Origin: an uncultured virus (IMG/VR IMGVR_UViG_3300013772_000004) | Taxonomy: Duplodnaviria; Heunggongvirae; Uroviricota; Caudoviricetes | IMG/VR virus record: IMGVR_UViG_3300013772_000004 | Length of the DNA: 20,000 bases | Reading direction: 5' to 3' (one strand) | Shown here: piece after piece, positions 1-5,827 of the stretch | Layout of the letters: each line of letters starts with the position of its first letter | How positions within the stretch are numbered: position 1 is the first letter of the stretch | Notes under the pieces: model-generated | The model's input: only the letters and a program-made list of their open reading frames with translations | What the model was told of the DNA's origin: nothing | Databases searched by the model: none | Position numbers and translations under genes: made by a program

Positions 1-131
1 CGCGCGCGCAGCTTCGCGACGCCACGCGCGGCGCACGCCAGCCCCACGCCGAGCAGCACAGCCGCATGGTACACCACACCACACAACGCCAACGCCAACG
101 CCAACGCGCTACTACGCGCTAGGGCGCCCAC
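1..131 (-). CDS. Small hydrophobic hypothetical protein, runs off the left edge (partial)
   Basis: GTG at 131 overlaps the TAG of the upstream gene (TAGTG); an in-frame ATG at 143 is an alternative start. Hand translation MGALARSSALALALALCGVVYHAAVLLGVGLACAARGVAKLRA... is open to the edge. Not in the ORF track. Confidence 0.4.
   Translation of the reverse strand, partial: MGALARSSALALALALCGVVYHAAVLLGVGLACAARGVAKLRA
84..107. repeat. Tandem repeat (CAACGC)x4
   Basis: Four perfect copies; encodes (Ala-Leu)x4 in the minus-strand ORF. Confidence 0.9.
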
Positions 132-307
132 TAGCGCCACCATCGGCCCATGCAGTCGCACCCTGCATACCCCATATAACAGGGCTCGTGCGTACGCACG
201 TGTGGCAAGGCATAGTCTAGCCAACCGTCGAGCCTACGTGCCGGTACTGCACACGCCAGCCTATCGGCCGCCATGCGTGCCAGTGCTGCTACCGTAGCAG
301 CCGACAC
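131..307 (-). CDS. Small Cys-containing hypothetical protein (58 aa)
   Basis: 3' part of ORF 131..418. GTG at 307 overlaps the TAG of the 307..528 gene (TAGTG), suggesting translational coupling. Confidence 0.5.
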   Translation of the reverse strand: MSAATVAALARMAADRLACAVPARRLDGWLDYALPHVRTHEPCYMGYAGCDCMGRWWR

Positions 308-528
308 TAGCGCACCCCATCGTGCGATGCGACCATGGCCCACGTGGTACCAGTGCCGATGCTGTAGACAGCGCGCGCAATGTGGCATGCGGTAATGTCG
401 CGGTTCACCAGCGCGCACATTTCGGCGACACTGGTACCGCAGTACTGCGCTGGCAGTGTGGCAGTAGCGGCCTTGACAGGCTTACCACCGATACGACGAC
501 CGACCATGGTGCGAAGCGATTGAAGCAT
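307..528 (-). CDS. Hypothetical protein (73 aa), first gene of the leftward unit
   Basis: The ATG sits the same distance from the left sigma54-like motif as ATG 808 does from the right one. Confidence 0.6.
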   Translation of the reverse strand: MLQSLRTMVGRRIGGKPVKAATATLPAQYCGTSVAEMCALVNRDITACHIARAVYSIGTGTTWAMVASHDGVR

Positions 529-540
529 GCATGACCATAG

Positions 541-556
541 TGCTAGTGGCGTGCCA
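541..556 (-). promoter_or_regulatory. Sigma54 (RpoN) -24/-12 promoter, leftward
   Basis: Minus strand reads TGGCACGCCACTAGCA against the consensus TGGCACG-N4-TTGCW. GG-N10-GC spacing is exact, with one mismatch. Confidence 0.75.
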
Positions 557-571
557 CGGTATGGTACACGG

Positions 572-606
572 TAGAACGGCCTGCCAGGCCGTTACAGGCC
601 GTTCTA
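572..606. repeat. Inverted repeat with duplicated right arm
   Basis: TAGAACGGCCTG (572-583) is complementary to CAGGCCGTTCTA (595-606) and partly to CAGGCCGTT (585-593). Confidence 0.8.
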
Positions 607-618
607 GGCTGTTATGCC

Positions 619-733
619 ATGGGGGTCCAGGCCCCACCCTGGGGTGCAGACCCCCACCCTATAAAGCAGTGTGGTATTAGGGGGTTATACCAGGGTATGC
701 GGGGTTAGCTATGGGGGGCCAGACCCCACCCTA
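619..733. repeat. Three ~22-bp imperfect direct repeats, candidate upstream activator sites
   Basis: ATGGGGGTCCAGGCCCCACCCT (619-640), TGGGGTGCAGACCCCCACCCTA (640-661), ATGGGGGGCCAGACCCCACCCTA (711-733). Each has a GGGG..CCCC dyad. Confidence 0.75.
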
Positions 734-779
734 CCACGCTATGCCTATCAGGTTACGCTAGGTTACCTGCTTAATACCG

Positions 780-795
780 TGGCACGGCACTAGCA
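780..795 (+). promoter_or_regulatory. Sigma54 (RpoN) -24/-12 promoter, rightward
   Basis: TGGCACGGCACTAGCA with exact GG-N10-GC spacing. It lies within a 26-bp element (774-799) matching 537-562 on the other strand at 24/26 positions. Confidence 0.75.
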
Positions 796-807
796 TTATA
801 CCCAAAC

Positions 808-1200
808 ATGCCTACTAACAACCTGTCCACCCTGCCCACGTCTACCTCTAACACATCGAAGGCCCTTGCCAAGGGCGGTACCGCTGCTAAGGCCCTTGCG
901 GCGCCTACCACGGCAGTCAAGGCCGATAGCAGCACCACAGCTGTGCACGCCGAGTTCAGCTACCCAGCTAAGGCTACCACGTCTAAGACCACGTGGGTGC
1001 CAAAGGCTGGTACGGTGCCAGGTAACCTCGTTATTGCGCTTAATGCAGGCCCGATTACCATGGTGCAGGCTATGGCGCTTATTGCGCCAGGTGCTGCTAA
1101 GGTTGGCCATCAACACAAGGTCGCTGCACTATGCAAATGGTTGGCCGCTAACCGTAGTTATGGTACACAATACCAAGGTGGTATGCTTAGCAAGGTCTAA
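808..1200 (+). CDS. Basic Ala/Thr/Lys-rich hypothetical protein (130 aa), possibly DNA-binding
   Basis: ATG-TAA ORF directly after the promoter and followed by a hairpin; 11 Lys, 1 Arg, 1 Asp, 1 Glu. Confidence 0.75.
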   Translation: MPTNNLSTLPTSTSNTSKALAKGGTAAKALAAPTTAVKADSSTTAVHAEFSYPAKATTSKTTWVPKAGTVPGNLVIALNAGPITMVQAMALIAPGAAKVGHQHKVAALCKWLAANRSYGTQYQGGMLSKV

Positions 1201-1214
1201 GCCATAGTAGTAAG

Positions 1215-1258
1215 GGGTTAGCAGCCCCCATACCAGGCTGCTAACCGGCTGCTAACCC
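1215..1258 (+). terminator. Stem-loop after the 808-1200 gene, possible terminator or processing site
   Basis: GGTTAGCAGCC (1216-1226) pairs with either tandem copy of GGCTGCTAACC (1236-1246, 1247-1257). No adjacent U-tract. Confidence 0.45.
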
Positions 1259-1451
1259 ATCGCTACCCCACGGGTACCCCACAGTTACCCCAGCGGGTTT
1301 TTGTGTGGTCTCGGCGCAGCCTCACCCAGGACCCGCAAAAATTTTTCCCATAAAACAGAGCTCCTCCCCAAGCACTGATTACTTGCCCACCCCTGAGCCC
1401 TCCACCTTGCATCCCCGCCCATCAACCATGAAATCCTAGAACCTAACCACC

Positions 1452-1781
1452 ATGTCAAGAATCAGCCTCCAGGTCACCAGCATCCTCAACGAGTTCGACC
1501 CCAAGGATCCGACCAAGATCGTGCGGCGAACCCTCGTCACCGCCCTCCACTCCCCCGTCAACGAGCTGAACCTCGGCGAGATCACCGAGGAGCGGGCTAA
1601 GGCGATCACGCCCGGGATGGAAATCTCCTGCGAGCTCACCCCCGACTTCACCAACATCGACGCGGGTCAGACGGATCAGCAGAAGGCGACCGAGGCGGCG
1701 AACAAGGTGCTCGACGAGGAGAAGGAGACGCTCGCGAAGGCGACGGTCGCCCCTCGCGCCAAGTCCCCCACCAGGCACTAG
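1452..1781 (+). CDS. Hypothetical protein (109 aa)
   Basis: ATG start, GC3-rich codon usage like the structural genes; first gene of the long + strand run. Confidence 0.75.
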   Translation: MSRISLQVTSILNEFDPKDPTKIVRRTLVTALHSPVNELNLGEITEERAKAITPGMEISCELTPDFTNIDAGQTDQQKATEAANKVLDEEKETLAKATVAPRAKSPTRH

Positions 1782-1785
1782 GACC

Positions 1786-1983
1786 ATGGAGGACAGAGAG
1801 CACATTCTCCAGTTCTTCGCGTTCGAGCACCTACCTCCTGGGCTACAGGAGGTCTCGAGACCGTTTCACGACCTCGCGAACGGTACGATCATGAAACAGC
1901 CGCGCAACCCGGAGCGCACGGTCGCACTCCGCAAGCTGCTCGAGTCGAAGGACGCGGCGGTTCGCGCCGCACTGGCCAAGTGA
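1786..1983 (+). CDS. Conserved small helical phage protein (65 aa), possibly Acb2/Tad1-like hairpin
   Basis: Pattern FF.F.HLP..LQ.VS.PF..LA......P..PERT.ALRKLLE.KD.AVRA, recognised as a widespread phage family. Fold link is inference. Confidence 0.85.
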   Translation: MEDREHILQFFAFEHLPPGLQEVSRPFHDLANGTIMKQPRNPERTVALRKLLESKDAAVRAALAK

Positions 1984-1987
1984 CACC

Positions 1988-2233
1988 ATGAAGCGAGTCA
2001 GGATCTCCAGCGACGGCGTCAGTACCCAGGTGCGAGTCGGATCGCAGCTGATGCACGACGTTCAGGAGGTCCTGATTCGCCTTCGCCCCTCCGGGCCAGC
2101 GGTCGTCACCCTCACGATCCTGGCCGAGCACGTCGAGGTCGACGGACAGGCCGTCCTGAACTTCGGCGGTGGCGGCACTGAGGAGACAGTCAACCTGCGT
2201 GCCGGCAAGTCCAAGAGGCCCGGAACCATATGA
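1988..2233 (+). CDS. Hypothetical protein (81 aa)
   Basis: Tightly packed ORF; stop overlaps the next start (ATGA). Confidence 0.75.
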   Translation: MKRVRISSDGVSTQVRVGSQLMHDVQEVLIRLRPSGPAVVTLTILAEHVEVDGQAVLNFGGGGTEETVNLRAGKSKRPGTI

Positions 2234-2733
2234 GCCAACTCGACAGGACGGTCACCTGCTCTCACGTGTGTCCTCGTCGAGACATGGTGTCCGGCATGCC
2301 CCTCTGCGACACCTGGAACGTCGACGAGACCACCGGTCTTCGACACTGTTCCTGGTGCGGCTCGATCCATCCCGACCAGTTCATGCATCTGGTGCGAACG
2401 CACTGCGTACTCACGCCGACGGACAAGGAGTACAAGGTCTACGTCGACGAGACCGTCGCGCGGATCGTCACCGGCGACACGAACGAGATCGTCACTCCTC
2501 CTCACCAGCGCAAGTTCTACTTCCAGCATCTCGGCGTAGCCGACCGCGTGGCGTTCAAGGAACTCCACAACGCCGGTCAGCTCTCCATCGGCTATCCGGG
2601 CAACTTCTACGTCGTGCCGTACTTCATGGTGCCTCCGAGATCTGCACGACCATCGGAAGTGCAGAGCTCGTCGGTCCAGAACGAGGTCGCCGATCCACTC
2701 ACGGGGCTCCTGAGAGGCGAGACCGAGTCGTGA
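2230..2733 (+). CDS. Hypothetical protein with Cys/His motifs (167 aa), possibly zinc-binding
   Basis: CPRR...HCSWCGSIHP...PTDKEYK...KFYFQHL...GYPGNFY; ATGA and GTGA overlaps at its ends. Confidence 0.8.
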   Translation: MSQLDRTVTCSHVCPRRDMVSGMPLCDTWNVDETTGLRHCSWCGSIHPDQFMHLVRTHCVLTPTDKEYKVYVDETVARIVTGDTNEIVTPPHQRKFYFQHLGVADRVAFKELHNAGQLSIGYPGNFYVVPYFMVPPRSARPSEVQSSSVQNEVADPLTGLLRGETES

Positions 2734-3638
2734 GCGACCAAGTCAAGCCGCCCGAGCCTGCGCTCGCCTCGATCATGCGTAAGCGGCCGGGGGACGAGCC
2801 GCCGGAGCGCGACGAGCGTCTCATGAGACGGATACGAAGTGACCGTATCATGAGTACCCCGGCGCAGGCGTACCGAGAGGAGACCGCTCAGAGCGATCTC
2901 CTCAGGCTCCGAGACGCACCGACCCCTCCTCCGGGCTATCGCTACACCATGGACGGTCGGCTCATCCCGATCGAGGGTAGCGAGCTGCCGATCACGGACG
3001 TCGAGGCACAAGAGCTCTTCTGCGGTGTCATCGAGATCACGGGGAGTATGCGGGCTGCCTGCGACGCCCTGGGTATCCGCAGCGTGGCGCGCGTGAAGGG
3101 CTACCTCATGCGGGACGTCGAGTTCTCCGAGGCGGTCGAGGCGGCGAGCCAGCGGCACAAGGAGTCTCTATACGCTCACGCCCACAAGCGGGCCACGGTC
3201 GGAGTCGAGACGCCCATCTTCGACAAGACGGGGCAGCTCGTGGGGTACGAGACGAAGTACAGCGACTCTCTTCTCACGCTTCTGCTGAAGCGCCACATTC
3301 CGGAGTTCCGCGAGGCGAGTAAGTCTGGAACGACGGTCACGGTCAACAACACCGACAACAGCCAGAACGTGCAGATCGACGTCAAGAGTATGACGCGCGC
3401 ACAGAGAGACGCCATGAGACTCATCCTGACGGATAAGAGCGAGCTTCCGGAGGAGGAGACGGTACCGGGTACCGTCTCACCCGCAGCTCAGGAACTCTCA
3501 CGAGTTCTGGAGGTCATCGACGTGGACTCGACGGTCATGGTTCCGCTGCCTCCGGGCGTGAACACGCCGGAGGGCACGGTCAGCAACGAGGTGCCTCTGT
3601 CGATCGACACGATCGTCGACGATCCGGTGGACTCCTGA
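2730..3638 (+). CDS. terS: Terminase small subunit (302 aa)
   Basis: Start reassigned to GTG 2730 (GTGA overlap) within ORF 2169..3638. Core GSMRAACDALG...D.EF...KRA..G...PIF..G.LVG....YSD.LL.LLLK...PEFR resembles TerS; upstream of TerL. Confidence 0.8.
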   Translation: MSDQVKPPEPALASIMRKRPGDEPPERDERLMRRIRSDRIMSTPAQAYREETAQSDLLRLRDAPTPPPGYRYTMDGRLIPIEGSELPITDVEAQELFCGVIEITGSMRAACDALGIRSVARVKGYLMRDVEFSEAVEAASQRHKESLYAHAHKRATVGVETPIFDKTGQLVGYETKYSDSLLTLLLKRHIPEFREASKSGTTVTVNNTDNSQNVQIDVKSMTRAQRDAMRLILTDKSELPEEETVPGTVSPAAQELSRVLEVIDVDSTVMVPLPPGVNTPEGTVSNEVPLSIDTIVDDPVDS

Positions 3639-3997
3639 TGTCGGGCGGCGGCTGTCCGCACTCTACGAACGCCTCGGCCAGTCCGCTGACGTGCTCCCGA
3701 TGCATCCTGCTGGCGCGCAACGCGGTCGGCGACGACCCGGACGCGGTCACGCCTCAGCTGGTGTACGTCCGGCAGGTCGTGGTGATCGACGGCTGGATCC
3801 ACGTGGACGGGGTAAACGTCGGGCGGCACGCGGACGGGCTGGCTCGCATGGAGGAGGCGGAGAGGCAGTACGCAGGCGGCACGTCGCATCTACAGTTCTC
3901 CGGCAAGAAGCGGTGTATACGGTGTCTGAGACTTGGGCACGACGTGCCCGACTGCAAGGAGGAGCGCCGTGTCGATATCGAACCGAAACCTGAGTGA
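3638..3997 (+). CDS. Hypothetical protein with CCHC zinc knuckle (119 aa)
   Basis: TGATG overlap with terS; CIRCLRLGHDVPDC fits C-x2-C-x4-H-x4-C; a second Cys cluster is N-terminal. Confidence 0.7.
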   Translation: MSGGGCPHSTNASASPLTCSRCILLARNAVGDDPDAVTPQLVYVRQVVVIDGWIHVDGVNVGRHADGLARMEEAERQYAGGTSHLQFSGKKRCIRCLRLGHDVPDCKEERRVDIEPKPE

Positions 3998-4154
3998 GCA
4001 GCGAGTGCGACGGATCTGGCCGAGCGCCGAGCCTCCGGGCGTCGACGAGTCACGGGTGAGAGCCTGCGACGAGTACGGGAACTGCGACGCGCTGAACCCG
4101 CCGCCCGCGGAGACCGAGTCGCGGAGCGGTCCGGGATCCGGCATCAAGCCGTGA
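3990..4154 (+). CDS. Possible small hypothetical protein (~50 aa), start uncertain
   Basis: 3' part of ORF 3933..4154 fills the gap and its stop overlaps the terL start (GTGA). Start could be CTG 3990 or GTG 4005. Confidence 0.35.
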   Translation: MSEQRVRRIWPSAEPPGVDESRVRACDEYGNCDALNPPPAETESRSGPGSGIKP

Positions 4155-5824
4155 CCGTCTCCGAGCCTCCTCTCGACGAGTGGTCCGGCCGCTACGAGCC
4201 GAACCAGGTTCGCGGCTACACGATGGAGGACATCGAGCTGATGCGGCGACGGCCGGATCAGACGTTGTTCGAGCTGGACGTGGCCGACGCCGAGGAGAAG
4301 TTGGTCGACTTCGTGAAGTTCCAGTGGTCTACGGTTGAGCCCGCGCGAAAGTACGTAGACGGGTGGGCCATGCAGGCCATCATGGAGCACCTGGAAGGCG
4401 TCGCCGACGGGCAGATCACGCGCCTTCTCATGAACGTGCCTCCGGGCTTCATCAAGAGCCTGGCCAGCGACGTCTTCTTCCCCGCCTGGATCTGGGGTCC
4501 TCGCAACCGCCCGGAGGCTCGCTTTGTCTGTGCGTCGTACTCGCATGACCTCACTATCCGCGACAACGTTCGCTGTCGCAACGTCATCGGCGACGAGCGG
4601 TATCAGCGGGCGTGGGGCGATCGCTTCGCCATCGACCAGCGGCAGGACGCCAAGCAGAAGTTCGCTAACGACAAGCGCGGGTGGAAGCTCGCCACGTCGG
4701 TTCACGGGCTCGGTACTGGCGAGCGCGGCGACTTCGTCATCGTCGACGACCCACACAACGTTCTCGAGGCGGAGTCGGACGCCAAGCGGAACAGCGCGCT
4801 CCAGTGGTTCACGGAGGTCATGCCGACTCGCGTGAACGACGCGGCGACTGCCGTCTTCATCGTGATCATGCAGCGCGTCCACGAGGACGACGTGGCTGGG
4901 CTCATCTACGAGAAGGAGCTCGGCTACACGCAGCTGATCATCCCGCAGCACTACGACAAGGACCATCCCCTCTACGACAAGAAGATGATGTGGAGCGGGT
5001 GGCGCGGCGACCCACGCGGCCTCGTCGAGGATCCCAAGTCCGACCCGAACTACCACGTCGGCGCGGTCGCGGAGGGCATCATCGCGTTCCCGGAGCGCTA
5101 CCCCAAGAAGGAGGTAGAGGCGCTCGAGAAGGTGATGATGTCGTGGGGCGGCACCTACTCGATCGCCGGTCAGCAGGAGCAGCGCCCGGAGCCGCGCGGC
5201 GGTGGCATGGTCTCGATCGACTGGTTCGAGGTCGTGGAGGCTGGTCCACCGCGAGACAAGTACGCGCTGCGATGCCGAGGATGGGACTTCGCGTCGACCA
5301 AGGACGGCAACGGAGCAGGGTCGGCGAGCGTGCGCATGGCCCAGACGTTCAACGCCGAGGAGGAGAATAGCGACATCTGGATTGAGGACGTCTGGTGGGA
5401 TCGCGTGTCTCCGGGCGGTCTGTACGATCACATCCGGGCTACCGTGGAGCACGACGGCTACGACGTCTTCCAGTCTCTGCCCCAGGACCCCGGCCAGGCC
5501 GGCGTCTATCAGGTGGACGACATGCTGGAGCTGTTTGCGGGGCACGACTTCGAGTTCTCAAGCGAGTCGGGCGACAAGGTCGTCCGTTTCCGTCCCTTTG
5601 CCGCGCAGGCGGAGGTTCGGAACAAGGTGGCGCGAAGAATTCGCGTAGTCAAGGGCGACTGGAACGACATGTTCTTCGCGCAGGTCTCCAAGTTTCCTGT
5701 CGGACGACTGAAAGATATCCCGGACGGCTGTTCCAGGGCCTATGGTGGACTGGTTAGGCGCGCGGGAGCCTCCTTCAGCGTCGGTGGATCTGTACTTCTT
5801 CAGCGTCAGGGCGCTACGTCCTAG
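4151..5824 (+). CDS. terL: Terminase large subunit (557 aa)
   Basis: Walker A-like LLMNVPPGFIKS, Walker B FVIVDDPHN, IVIMQRVHEDD, and nuclease motifs RGWDFAST, QDPGQAG, KDIPDG. Confidence 0.95.
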   Translation: MTVSEPPLDEWSGRYEPNQVRGYTMEDIELMRRRPDQTLFELDVADAEEKLVDFVKFQWSTVEPARKYVDGWAMQAIMEHLEGVADGQITRLLMNVPPGFIKSLASDVFFPAWIWGPRNRPEARFVCASYSHDLTIRDNVRCRNVIGDERYQRAWGDRFAIDQRQDAKQKFANDKRGWKLATSVHGLGTGERGDFVIVDDPHNVLEAESDAKRNSALQWFTEVMPTRVNDAATAVFIVIMQRVHEDDVAGLIYEKELGYTQLIIPQHYDKDHPLYDKKMMWSGWRGDPRGLVEDPKSDPNYHVGAVAEGIIAFPERYPKKEVEALEKVMMSWGGTYSIAGQQEQRPEPRGGGMVSIDWFEVVEAGPPRDKYALRCRGWDFASTKDGNGAGSASVRMAQTFNAEEENSDIWIEDVWWDRVSPGGLYDHIRATVEHDGYDVFQSLPQDPGQAGVYQVDDMLELFAGHDFEFSSESGDKVVRFRPFAAQAEVRNKVARRIRVVKGDWNDMFFAQVSKFPVGRLKDIPDGCSRAYGGLVRRAGASFSVGGSVLLQRQGATS

Positions 5825-5827
5825 GAT

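Noticed and set aside
322..534. 70-aa plus-strand ORF
   Set aside because: The minus-strand ORF 307-528 is better supported by promoter spacing and TAGTG coupling.
619..733. CRISPR mini-array reading of the three repeats
   Set aside because: Repeats are imperfect, two are adjacent with no spacer, spacing is irregular, and no cas genes are in the window.
537..799. Invertible segment or MITE bounded by the 26-bp inverted repeats
   Set aside because: No recombinase or target duplication seen; the RpoN consensus and equal ATG spacing explain it better. Inversion is not excluded without reads.
795..800. TATAAT on the minus strand
   Set aside because: No convincing -35, not preserved in the twin element (CATAGT), and it points into the intergenic region.
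1306..1321. GG-N10-GC spacing (also at 1005-1020 on the minus strand)
   Set aside because: Weaker match to the RpoN consensus or antisense inside a gene; expected by chance at this GC content.
2169..2729. N-terminal 187 aa of the 489-aa ORF
   Set aside because: Overlaps the better 2230-2733 gene and reads as Arg-rich off-frame sequence; the GTGA overlap at 2730 gives a better start.
3890..5545. 551-aa minus-strand ORF
   Set aside because: Antisense shadow of terL caused by high-GC codon bias; no recognisable motifs.
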